Shown: positions 57,301 through 64,000 of the stretch, one piece after another | Numbering within the stretch: position 1 is the stretch's first letter | Layout of the letters: each line of letters starts with the position of its first letter | Origin: Antedon mediterranea | Taxonomy: Eukaryota; Animalia; Echinodermata | NCBI RefSeq assembly: GCF_964355755.1 | Contig: NC_092679.1 | Coordinates: forward strand, 15,855,432 to 15,919,431 | Length of the DNA: 64,000 nucleotides | Reading direction: 5' to 3' | Position numbers and translations under genes: made by a program | Notes under the pieces: model-generated | What the model was told of the DNA's origin: nothing | Database searches by the model: none | What the model saw: only the letters and a program-made list of their open reading frames with translations

Positions 57301-60300
57301 ATGTTAAGGCTCGACGATTTTCTATGTATTATTTTGGTCCCAAACTTTGGACTTCACTCTCAAATGAACTTAAACAGAAATCTTCCTTTTCTAGTTTTAA
57401 ATCTAATTTCAAACACAAAATGGTGTCAGAATATGCTACATAAATTTTCGCCGATCTTTTATCCTTATTTATTTGGTGGTGATACATGGCATTAAATCCT
57501 TCACCCTGGTATTCAATAATCTCCGCTACATTGTATCGTTATACTTGTTATTATACCATATTTAATTATATTTCATATTGTACTCTAATTGTTATCATTA
57601 TCCCTTTTATCATATATTATATAATTGCCTGGTTTATCTTAACTTCTATAATTAAAATTTTTTTTTATTTCTTTATTTTATGTACTTTCACTATTATATA
57701 TTTATATTTTAGTCTACTCTGTAGCAATGTTAGTATACTTAGGCATACGGGAGTCACGACTTAAAGTTCAGTGAACTTACTGTGACTTCCATCCACCCAC
57801 ATTTAATATATGTTATGTTATGTAAATGTAAATGATATATATATATATATATAAGTGAGTGGAAAAAATAAATAAACGAAACGAAAAACGAATAAAGATG
57901 TATTTTCCTCCAAAAACATGAAAAATGACGATTAAATTAGACTTTGAATAGGTTATTACTATTACTTCCGTAGAAAAAAAAACAAAACAAATATTGTTTT
58001 CACTTATAAAATGACAAGATAAATGGTTCAATTCAACCAATAATCCATTGGCTGGCTGGCAGCCAATTTGACTAATTTTTGCTTTAAAATTACAGTTTTT
58101 TCAGGTGAATAAATATATTTTGACCAACACATTTTTGGTCAAAGTGGATAACTATTAAAGTAACATTAAAATGCGGCATATTCAACAACAAAATATTTTT
58201 TCAGGAGACAATATCTTTAATAATCCTGATTTAAAATTACAGTATATTAAGTATCAATTCTTGTTGTATTCGTTCTATATTTTTGATATATTTTTTTCTA
58301 CAGTTATGTTGTTAATTACATATGGTGTTTCATTACGCGTGGTTCCCACTAGCGACGCAACACAAGGACGTAACGCAACGCAAGTGAATTGACCAATCAC
58401 AAGCGATGGCTTATTCGCTTGTGATTGCTAACTGTCTATAACTTCGCTTGTCATTGGTTAAAACGCTTGCGTTGCGTTTACGTCCTTGCGTTACGTTCTA
58501 GTGGGAACCAAACTTTAGGGACCACAGTGGAAATAAGTTGCTTTTGTACTTTTCTGTGTTTTTATTTTTGATTGATCACTTGAATAAATAAATTAATTAA
58601 ATAAATCAAAGAAAACGATACAGTCATTATATTAATTTCAAATTTATATTATATAAATATGTTTACATTTTCATTTCTAAACTGAAGTTGAAAATTCAAC
58701 CATATTAAATATAACTAAAGTGTAGAAACAGTAATATAATATTTCATTAAATTCAAATTCATAAATGATCCCTAATTACTTGAATTTCATTTCAGAATAA
58801 AATTGAATAACGTTGACGACTAACGCTTTGGGACAAAAGACAGCGTTGATAAGAAAATCTATTTATGATGAACAAAAGAATAGCTTTTTTCAATACAAAA
58901 CACTGCAAAGTAGATTTTAATAAAGATGGCTACGAAAACAATGTTCTACAGAACATAGACAAAGCTTTGTTTTTACGCATTATTACAAATACTATGATTT
59001 CAAAATGTTTTGTGATGTTAGATATATGTAATTAGGGCTCAAGCCTGTGGATGATTTTTTATAATGAATTGTTTTTTCAGTTACAAAACAAACCATCATA
59101 CAGTAAGAAACTAGGCCTATGACTTCCATTGCTAAACAGGAAGGCTCTATAATGGAAAGAAGAAAGGGCCTAGGGGTTTATTCGAACCATCATATCAACC
59201 ATATGGACTTGGGGTCTGTTTTATTTGCAAGCAAATAACCATTGACAATGTTTTCTATTTTAATTCAATTCAAATTCTTTATTGCAACAAAGTAAACATT
59301 GTTGAATTTAAAATACTGCTTACTATACTTATTATAGTAAAAACTAATTGATTGGATAGATTTTAAATTTTGAATAAATTCTACATTTCAAAAATAATTT
59401 GTTTTTTTTTTAAATAAATAATTTGTTTTATTTCAAACTAGAACAATGTACATATCATTTTTTTTTTAATAAATAGAACAGGAAATGGTAAATTAGCCGA
59501 AAAGGGGATTTATGTGATTTTTTCCAATCATTATGTTACAGTCATCATCACAAACCTGTGGTATTATGAAATCAACCACAACAGTTGTGTAGTGTTTGTG
59601 TAGATGTGTGTGTACAAGATCCCTAGGGAAGTGTTGTTAAGTTGGAGGAGTGATGATTAAAACTTCATGTACTGCGGGCTATAAAAAGACTGCTTCCGCT
59701 ACAGAAGAAAATAATTACCAAAGACATTGTTAAGATTATGGACATGCGGATTATTTCGTGTACTGTATCTCATAGCATAATTTATCTAGTAGTGACAAAA
59801 TCTGTAATAACACAGTGTCACATATGCATCACATGTGACACCTGTATTGTGTTCAGGGTCAGGTAAGATACTAATATGATACAGTACAGGCATCACATGT
59901 GATATTATGTGACACTGTAATTACAGAAGTTGCCTATGATACAATAGAAATTAGTATAGAGAACCGATAATCATCTATATTGGAAAGGAATGTTTTGTGG
60001 TGTTTTCTTCTTGTTTTGAACATTTGTTACCTTTTATTGTTACATTTTTATATATTTGTAAAACAAGCAAAGAATTAAAAGGATTAATAGAAGATTTGAA
60101 TTTGTATACATATATATAATTGTGGTTGATCGAAGATACTTTGGTATAAAATCATAAATGTAATGGGAAAAAGTTTGCTCTTTTTAATATGACAGTATTT
60201 TCACACAACTCTTGACATTTAAAGTGTTAACTACAAAATGTATGACGTAGTTACTTCGGTCACTGCCTGATTATGCATTGCAACAAAATGTTGCGATTGG

Positions 60301-61756
60301 AATTTTACTTTATTTTTCCTTTCAAATTTATGATTTGCATCTGTGATTTTATGTAATTTACTAAAACTAAACATATGTTTTTAAATGATCAACTATTTTA
60401 AAAGAAACTGCAACTATATTTTATTACTGTACGAATCATGAATATAAAATTACAGAAAATGTCTTTGTTGGCAAAAAAGATAATTTCTGTGTCAAGCTAC
60501 ACACCTCAACAAGACAACGACCTTTATACAACAATTCATTAAACTTCAATTCTGATAACAAACGATTTAAAGATTTATCTACAACTGTGAGTCTCCAGAG
60601 TGTATTGTATACAGTAGAATCATTTCTGATTATAAAATTCACAAATATGAAACCCATTATTGACACTAAATAGAATCATCATCAACATCTAATGGCCACT
60701 GTATAATAACATCTCAAAAATATAATTCTTTACTTTGAATTATTATCTGGATTCACCTGTTAGAATTTCTTGACAAAGGCAATCAATAACTGAAAGACAA
60801 CTAAGGTTGCGGTTACACACAAAAGTATGAAGGCACGGATAATGCACTTTTACTATTTGCAGTAGTAGCTAGGTCAGGCCAACTTTACATGGGGACAAAG
60901 AAAGGAATCAGAAACACAGTGTCAAATATCAATAGAGTATTCAACTTTGTTTCCAATACATTATGATTTGCTCTATTATAGATATTCTATTAAATGTATT
61001 TAAGTTTGGAAGAGAGAGATTCTTGGCACATTATACTAGACAGTACTACTATACAGTAAGACTAAGAGTGTTGCAATAGCATGATCTCGATGGCACAAAA
61101 AAGGAAGATGATCAGTGAGACACAGGTCGTAACATGGGTTGAGTGACCTCTGTCTTGATACTGACATTGTAGCTTTGTGGTTAACATGCATGTTTACGAA
61201 TCCTAAAGACTAGGTTCAACTCACAACCTCAACTTAGTCCGAACTTACAGTATATGACTAGATTCCTCCATAACTTCCTATCTGCAATTGTGACAGCCAG
61301 TTCATCTCTTTGCGTACCATTACCAGTATCCATCTCATAATCATAATCTTACACAACTAAAATCTTAAGTTTCTACCTAGCCAGTTTTGCTTAAATGGTT
61401 GGCGTATCCATTGTGTTAAATAAAATGAAAGTTTTTTTTTTTAATAATGTATTTATATTACCTTGTCCTTGGAAATATTTCCGATAGTAAAAAGCACCGT
61501 AATCAATATGCTCCAATAACGGTCCTCGTGAATAATTCCCTTTATTTCCAATTAAATTCTGTAAGTCTTTACCGCCCTCTACGATTCCACAATGCAGATA
61601 TCGTCTCATTGATCGACCGGTACGCGCTATGCTCACTTTACGTATCGTCTCTCCACCAATCTCGTTGGTAAAGCAAGGACAACTGAGGACCAATTCGTTT
61701 GACTTTCCATCACCATCTTCTAGTTCTTCAATCTCAAGTAAATTTTCCATACTTCC
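6261..61756 (-). CDS. SIPA1L: SIPA1-like (SPAR) Rap GTPase-activating protein, partial spliced gene (20 exons traced; 5' end outside the window, 3' end unresolved)
   Basis: Exon translations match remembered SIPA1L motifs in order: [114 protein letters not shown]. All traced junctions are GT-AG and intron phases are consistent. Confidence 0.95.
6812..6970. mobile_element. MITE family H1 (PIF/Harbinger-like, about 120-160 bp), representative copy
   Basis: TIR AGCTCTGTCTACACTAT(CAAAC) with mostly TWA-like flanks. Other copies at about 4043-4161, 10292-10421, 14666-14699 (left end only), 15155-15308, 16743-16879, 25583-25729, 25902-26020 and 27036-27162. Confidence 0.88.
8978..9118. repeat. Minisatellite, 17-bp unit CCTATTAAAGGGACA(AG/GT)
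   Basis: About 8 tandem copies. Confidence 0.9.
9460..9610. mobile_element. Degenerate palindromic MITE-like element
   Basis: GTGCGTTAGTGGAGATGCGGCGCACT inverted against AGTGCGTCGCATCTCCATTAACGCAC. Confidence 0.6.
9846..10029 (-). CDS. SIPA1L: SIPA1L exon (QTPQSL...[13 protein letters not shown]...PALVR)
   Basis: TTTGTAG| acceptor and G|GTATG donor; 184 nt. RTLSDES is a SPAR C-terminal motif. Confidence 0.9.
12159..12551. mobile_element. Foldback MITE (Harbinger-like, 393 bp)
   Basis: About 40-bp perfect TIR AGGCCCATTTACACTAGGACGATAACGATCGACGATAAATA, TAA on both sides, degenerate palindrome through the interior. Confidence 0.9.
13418..13596 (+). mobile_element. MITE family H2 (Harbinger-like, 179 bp)
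   Basis: TIR AGCTTGGTTCCCACTAG / CTAGTGGGAACCACGCT, TTA TSD, largely palindromic. A near-identical inverted copy lies at 58336-58514. Confidence 0.88.
17483..17753 (-). CDS. SIPA1L: SIPA1L exon (KILDPKQ...RLRPGV...[10 protein letters not shown]...)
   Basis: TACAG| acceptor in phase 2. The donor TTG|GTAATT gives the phase 0 needed for the next exon, but its position is less certain. Confidence 0.75.
17943..18099. mobile_element. Tc1/mariner-type MITE
   Basis: TA|CAGGTAACTCTCCCAATA ... TATTGGGAGAGTTACCTG|TA. Confidence 0.85.
18390..18862. repeat. A-rich degenerate tandem repeat (about 180-bp unit, about 2.5 copies)
   Basis: AACTATTAATAAGAACAATAAC recurs at about 18428, 18609 and 18785. Confidence 0.8.
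19334..19950 (-). CDS. SIPA1L: SIPA1L exon, Ser/Arg/Pro-rich (GNPKHSS...EEKWYD...[16 protein letters not shown])
   Basis: TTTTCAG| acceptor and AG|GTACAC donor; 617 nt open frame overlapping most of ORF 19291..19824. Confidence 0.87.
20203..20345 (-). mobile_element. tRNA-derived SINE 5' part (degenerate)
   Basis: Minus strand reads GATGGAGCGGTTAAGGC (A-box-like) ... GGGTTTGAGGC (B-box-like) ... GTCTTCTTGGATAAGGACTATAAACC, which resembles a Meta-SINE central domain (from memory). Confidence 0.5.
20441..20529 (-). CDS. SIPA1L: SIPA1L exon ([30 protein letters not shown])
   Basis: TTTCAG| acceptor and CAG|GTAGGA donor; 89 nt. Supplies the phase 1 to 0 change needed between its neighbours. Confidence 0.82.
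21176..21625 (-). CDS. SIPA1L: SIPA1L exon, low-complexity region (DYGRHGRTP...KDESEME)
   Basis: Lies within ORF 21171..21659. TTTGTAG| acceptor and G|GTTAG donor; 450 nt, phase 1 to 1. Confidence 0.85.
21676..21791. mobile_element. Helentron/DINE-like short element
   Basis: ACAAG start, (GACA/GACC)n microsatellite, terminal hairpin AGTCGC-TTCCAT-GCGACT followed by AAAAA. Confidence 0.45.
22290..22417 (-). CDS. SIPA1L: SIPA1L exon ([12 protein letters not shown]...[15 protein letters not shown])
   Basis: TTTCAG| acceptor and G|GTATGG donor; 128 nt, phase 2 to 1, open frame and higher GC than the flanks. Confidence 0.85.
23370..23890. repeat. Degenerate repeat built from TAGC/GCTAT subunits, with an approximately 185-bp duplication
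   Basis: ATATCTACGGATAG...GCTATAACTTAAAGTAGCAT occurs at about 23404 and 23588. Confidence 0.75.
24941..25216. repeat. Near-identical direct duplication of about 120 bp
   Basis: 24941-25061 versus 25097-25216. Confidence 0.9.
25338..25453 (-). CDS. SIPA1L: SIPA1L exon, PDZ C-half ([39 protein letters not shown])
   Basis: TTGCAG| acceptor and |GTACGT donor; 116 nt. Confidence 0.96.
26275..26412 (-). CDS. SIPA1L: SIPA1L exon, PDZ N-half ([18 protein letters not shown]...[11 protein letters not shown])
   Basis: TTGCAG| acceptor and GAG|GTAAAT donor; 138 nt. Confidence 0.96.
26826..26937 (-). CDS. SIPA1L: SIPA1L exon ([10 protein letters not shown]...[16 protein letters not shown])
   Basis: TTTCAG| acceptor and GAG|GTCAGT donor; 112 nt. 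Confidence 0.92.
27955..28100 (-). CDS. SIPA1L: SIPA1L exon ([19 protein letters not shown]...VIGWTANGN)
   Basis: TAGCAG| acceptor and |GTAAGT donor; 146 nt. LGIS and VIGWT motifs. Confidence 0.93.
28195..28715. mobile_element. Two abutting family-K MITE copies sharing one TTAA
   Basis: ...GACATACATCT TTAA AGATGTATTTTCCCCC... at 28507-28537. Outer ends are ATGTATTGTCCCCC and GGGGGACAATACA. Confidence 0.75.
30868..33155. mobile_element. 2.3-kb non-autonomous TIR element, superfamily unassigned
   Basis: 18-bp TIRs CAGTCGAGCAGCAAAGTG / CACTTTGCTGCCCTACTG (2 mismatches) flanked by TGAT on both sides. Interior is richer in CpG than the host introns. Confidence 0.7.
34081..34310 (-). CDS. SIPA1L: SIPA1L exon ([31 protein letters not shown]...GALVWYVQ)
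   Basis: CTTTCAG| acceptor and CAG|GTAAGC donor; 230 nt. Confidence 0.96.
34575..34681 (-). CDS. SIPA1L: SIPA1L exon ([14 protein letters not shown]...FAEFLLAK)
   Basis: ATGTAG| acceptor and G|GTATGT donor; 107 nt, phase 2 to 1. Confidence 0.95.
35809..36527. repeat. Minisatellite, 38-bp unit AAAATACTGTACTACTGTAGTAATGTACACAGGGC(C/T)TC
   Basis: About 18 copies; three early copies carry an extra ATGT (42 bp). Confidence 0.97.
37400..37629. repeat. Tandem repeat, about 59-bp unit x4
   Basis: AACATGTACGCCTTCCACATACTGAATCACGGCCGGGAAAAATAAGAGAAAA repeated. Confidence 0.92.
39439..39596 (-). CDS. SIPA1L: SIPA1L exon with catalytic Asn ([26 protein letters not shown]...VRYS)
   Basis: TTACAG| acceptor and |GTAAGT donor; 158 nt. 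The RKRHIGND 'Asn thumb' motif is intact. Confidence 0.97.
39922..40071. mobile_element. Degenerate hAT-like MITE
   Basis: CAGCGGCGGATCCAG ... CTGGATCCGCTCCTG termini; TSD not evident. Confidence 0.6.
40107..40545. repeat. Inverted duplication with 178-bp arms and an 83-bp spacer
   Basis: 40107-40284 is the reverse complement of 40368-40545; I saw 2 mismatches. Confidence 0.95.
42176..42279 (-). CDS. SIPA1L: SIPA1L exon ([35 protein letters not shown])
   Basis: TTTGCAG| acceptor and CAG|GTAAAA donor; 104 nt. RapGAP core motif. Confidence 0.96.
43232..43330 (-). CDS. SIPA1L: SIPA1L exon ([33 protein letters not shown])
   Basis: CTTCCAG| acceptor and |GTAAGT donor; 99 nt, phase 1 to 1. Confidence 0.95.
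44435..46135. repeat. Satellite with 33/34-bp unit CCCCTTAGTATGGCTTTCCCT(T/AA)TAGTACAGC(C/T)T
   Basis: About 40 homogeneous units from about 44680 onward, preceded by degenerate 16-17-bp monomers. Confidence 0.97.
46175..46250 (-). CDS. SIPA1L: SIPA1L exon, RapGAP start ([25 protein letters not shown])
   Basis: TTTTCAG| acceptor and G|GTAATG donor; 76 nt. Not in the ORF track; read by hand. Confidence 0.95.
47540..48290. repeat. Minisatellite, 22/28-bp units CATGGCCTGCTACACTGTCA(C/T)A[CATGGA]
   Basis: Tandem copies; explains the stop-free ORFs in several frames. Confidence 0.95.
48560..48748 (-). CDS. SIPA1L: SIPA1L exon (LTVLRGSV...LMKIDEQA)
   Basis: TTTCAG| acceptor and |GTACGT donor; 189 nt, phase 0 to 0. 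Confidence 0.93.
48876..49178. mobile_element. Degenerate MITE
   Basis: GAGTTATGCTTTCGTATCGTA ... TATGATACAAAAGCATAACTC inverted termini. Confidence 0.6.
49356..49501 (-). CDS. SIPA1L: SIPA1L exon ([22 protein letters not shown]...YRVIVRTSE)
   Basis: TTTGTAG| acceptor and |GTAAGT donor; 146 nt, phase 1 to 0. Confidence 0.95.
49622..49842 (+). mobile_element. SINE 3' part (degenerate)
   Basis: GCACTTTAAAGAACC...GAGTAGGGGGTTACTCCGGTGT body and an AGCGCT...AGCGCTATGTAAAT..ATTAT L2-like tail. Confidence 0.5.
49846..50045 (-). mobile_element. Penelope-like terminal-repeat remnant with hammerhead core; second partial copy at about 44104-44252
   Basis: About 140 bp shared with 44104-44252. Minus strand reads TTGCA CTGATAA AGGGCTAGTGTTGCCT GAAA GCTC TGC. 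Confidence 0.6.
51249..51460. repeat. Minisatellite, 20-bp unit AA(A/C)GTTCTTACCCTAGGCCT
   Basis: About 10 tandem copies. Confidence 0.93.
51921..52115. mobile_element. Truncated, diverged copy of the left end of the 55090-55715 element
   Basis: AGCCCCATTTCCTACG...GGTCCTATTGCGATA...AATAAGTCGATTCTAATAA...ATGCATTGCGTGCGGATTGATATT, colinear with 55090-55290. Confidence 0.85.
52509..53201 (+). CDS. LINE ORF1p-like protein (coiled coil plus RRM, L1/Tnp_22-type), 230 aa
   Basis: Heptad-rich segment followed by [28 protein letters not shown] and YIIDDL motifs. Confidence 0.88.
   Translation: MSRSTRANTKPAEFESEDQLSFESFVKKKLESILKGQESNKAELYEAISFNSARIDALEDENKEIKTTVTELTTTVANLQGSTTDLLAKINKTERFSRRNNVRIVGVEENTKENCKLIFENILSDFFTLDPRPTIERAHRDGKSMNGKPRHIIARFLSYASKIEVMKQRSSALDSQKFYIIDDLIAADLLEKKKWRSQVKEMYNKGTKLRFTAGKWRNSTGIPVNFSKFH
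53646..55089 (+). CDS. LINE ORF2, 5' part: APE-like endonuclease and linker
   Basis: [39 protein letters not shown] and KPWIT motifs. Interrupted at TTAA 55086-55089. Confidence 0.93.
55090..55715. mobile_element. Non-autonomous DNA element (Kolobok-like) inserted in LINE ORF2
   Basis: TTAA on both sides (55086-89, 55716-19). Imperfect TIRs AGCCCCATTCCCTAC / GCAGGGAAGGGGTCT. AG..CT termini with TTAA fit Kolobok better than piggyBac. Confidence 0.85.
55720..57443 (+). CDS. LINE ORF2, 3' part: reverse transcriptase
   Basis: [55 protein letters not shown] and FLGV motifs. Confidence 0.95.
57896..58216. mobile_element. Family-K MITE directly after the LINE tail
   Basis: AGATGTATTTTCCTCC...GGAGACAATATCT TTAA, with the family's internal CCATTGGCTGGC..CAGCCAATTTGAC. 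Confidence 0.8.
58336..58514 (-). mobile_element. MITE family H2, second copy in opposite orientation
   Basis: Reverse complement of 13418-13596 with few differences; TTA on both sides. Confidence 0.88.
61462..61756 (-). CDS. SIPA1L: SIPA1L exon (GSMENL...[23 protein letters not shown]...[17 protein letters not shown])
   Basis: TACAG| acceptor and G|GTAATA donor; 295 nt, phase 0 to 1. Conserved pre-GAP motifs. Confidence 0.93.
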
Positions 61757-61917
61757 CTGTATTTAAAAGACAAATTAAAGAATTTATTATGAACATTGCA
61801 GAGTAGAGACTCTTTATGGAGACATCTTTAAGACCTGTCCACTGACAAGGAGTTTGTCATGGTTTTAAAACATAGTATTTCTCTCCTAGATCACTTCACA
61901 GGAATGTATCCCCTTAA

Positions 61918-62259
61918 AGATGTATTGTCCCCCAAAAACACGAAAAATGAATATTAATTAAATCAGATTTTGAATATGTTATTTTGTAGTTTTAATAAAG
62001 TTAATCACTTCTGTAGAAAAAAAAATAAAATAATGTTGTCACTTATAAAATGACAAAATAAATGGTTAAATTTCACCAAAAACCATTGGCTGGCAGCCAA
62101 TTTGACAATTTTTTGCTTTAAATTGCAGTTTTTTTCAGGTAATACATTTTTTTTCGATCAAATTTTTGGTCAAAGGTGATAATTATTATGTGACATTAAA
62201 ATGACATATTCAACAAACAAATGAAAAAAAAAAATATTTTTCAGGGGGACAATACATCT
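61918..62259. mobile_element. MITE family K (TTAA TSD, Kolobok-like), best copy
   Basis: Perfect 16-bp TIR AGATGTATTGTCCCCC / GGGGGACAATACATCT with TTAA on both sides. Relatives at about 11299-11962, 15600-15850, 24545-24730, 28195-28517, 28522-28715, 46446-46666 and 57896-58216. Confidence 0.88.
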
Positions 62260-62499
62260 TTAATAGGTGTCCCCTGAATAAGAATTATATTGTTTTGTAA
62301 AAAGCATATATTGTTCTTTCATTGTACAGGAAAGTGTCCCCTTTTTAGGTGTGTCTCAGGGAGTGATTTTACTATTAAAATGCACATTAAAGACTGTAGT
62401 TTTTAACAGTAAGAAATTATTATAGTATTGTTCTAATGCGAATTGACATTCAAAATTTATGCTTCTAACCCAATTTGAAGTATCGGCCTCATTTTCTTT

Positions 62500-62532
<33 letters not shown>

Positions 62533-64000
62533 CTAGTATGAGCCTTACTTAAACACCTATAGTCTGTCTGAAACGACCCTGTCTGAAATGGCCCTAACTA
62601 TTAACTGTCAATAGTCAACAAACAAATAGCAGTGGATCTTAATAAACATAGCATGACAAAGGCTTTGTTTTAATAACATGGGTGTAACTACTATCTATCA
62701 GTAAATAACTCTTTTGTATAGTTTTGGCATTTCAAATACATTTTTATTTACCAGTACTATATTGTCCACATTTGTTGTTAATTTTCTTCAAATTATAGTA
62801 CAGAATTTAAAAATTGTTGGAAAATTTAATAAATACTATGTGATTAGAAAAATTATACATTCAAAACGGCTGTACATTTATCAATATCACATTGCTCAGA
62901 TGATCTGATGATCATAAAACATATGGACAGAACTTAAGGAAACTCTCGTGTATACTTTCTGAATAAATTGCACAGTATTCAGTACTTTATTTCAATGAAG
63001 TACCTGTGTAATAAATCATTTCCTAAAAATTAACTGAAGTACCATTTCATTTCCTTTGATGTTCTCTCTTGTACTCTCACAAACATTCCAAATCATTAGA
63101 AAGTCCTTGAACCACTCTGAATAAATATCTGTACTAATTTAATTATCAAAACTGAAACAGCAACTACCTATCTAGTACTGTTTTTCAGTGGTATCAATAC
63201 TTCTATATTCAGCATAATTACTATAATTATGAAAACTGTAGCTATAATTTAACTTTTTTTGTAATTATTTTGTGTTTTTTCGAGTGATCGTGAAATCAAA
63301 ATGGTAATATGTTTGGTCTACTAGCGTTCCTGCTCCCAACTAGTCATCCATTTAAAGAAACGTTGATGAAGCAAGCCTACCTGGTGGTGACTATAGAATG
63401 GTCCTGACTAAACTTTGGCTTTAGTTGACAGAAAATGAAATATTTTGAGATATACTATACGATGTTTGATTATTATAAATATATAGTGTAATGTTTTTGT
63501 GTATATATGCATTAGTTAATTCATAAATACATTTTATATAACATTTAAATATGAAGTCATTATTTCAACATTCATATTAGTTCAACTGTTTGTATAATTA
63601 CTACTAACATTTATAATAGTCGTGCAGGATAGAATGATAAAGATTGCTAAACTAAACAGATATATTTGTGTAAAAGTCAAATTACAAAGACGAGCGGTAA
63701 CGGTAAGTGGAAAACAAAAACATAGAATCTATGATTTTTTATGACTATTTACAACAAACGCGGAGTAGACAGGCGGTTAAGTGGAAACACACGCAGGATA
63801 CAGATTTTATGTGGAATAAGCATGCGATTTTTCGCTTACCTTTACTGTAAATTAAGGGATCATGTAAAAACTATTCTAATGCAACTTCACTTTTACTCTT
63901 AGTAAGAGTAAAAGATTTTTTTTTAACAAAGAAAGATAAAGATTGTGTACTACTACTATCAATATTTAATCGGTTCTTGTTTGTGTTTTTGTTTTTTCAA

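Larger units (their letters stand above)
52425..57892 (+). mobile_element. Near-full-length non-LTR retrotransposon (LINE; probably CR1/L2/Crack group), antisense in a SIPA1L intron
   Basis: Short GC-richer 5'UTR, ORF1, spacer, APE-RT ORF2, then an AT-rich 3'UTR with a stem-loop (GGAGTCAC...GTGACTTCC, 57751-57790) and an AATAAACGAAACGAAAAACGAA tail. Ends approximate; no TSD seen. Confidence 0.9.

Noticed and set aside
52640-57764. Small antisense or alternative-frame ORFs over the LINE and the 92-aa hydrophobic ORF at 57486-57764
   Set aside because: Shadows of LINE ORFs or translation of the T-rich 3'UTR.
52380-57900. Target-site duplication around the LINE
   Set aside because: None found by eye. 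A MITE abuts the 3' tail, and CR1-group elements often lack clear TSDs.
62493-62532. Long poly-T followed by AG (strong plus-strand acceptor look-alike)
   Set aside because: It is on the strand opposite the gene and no ORF follows. More likely a retroposed poly-A tail or simple repeat.

Overview
This is AT-rich eukaryotic (metazoan, probably invertebrate) genomic DNA, not prokaryotic. Almost the whole window is the interior of one minus-strand, multi-exon gene encoding a SIPA1-like/SPAR Rap GTPase-activating protein. I traced 20 phase-consistent GT-AG exons from 61756 down to 6261 (3769 nt, about 1256 codons), covering the RapGAP domain (intact RKRHIGND), the PDZ domain and SPAR C-terminal motifs. 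The 5' end lies beyond 64000 and the 3' end is unresolved. The introns hold a near-full-length antisense LINE (ORF1 plus APE-RT ORF2). Its ORF2 is split by a 626-bp TTAA-duplicating DNA element and is restored in frame when that element is removed. The introns also carry several MITE families, a 2.3-kb TIR element with a 4-bp TSD, SINE and Penelope-like remnants (one with a minimal hammerhead ribozyme core), a 178-bp near-perfect inverted duplication and several tandem repeats. I found no convincing wholly new biological system. The best leads are the repairable LINE, the unclassified 2.3-kb element, a satellite apparently born inside a MITE, the hammerhead remnant and candidate micro/alternative exons at the gene's 3' end. 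Coordinates were read by eye, and repeat boundaries are approximate.
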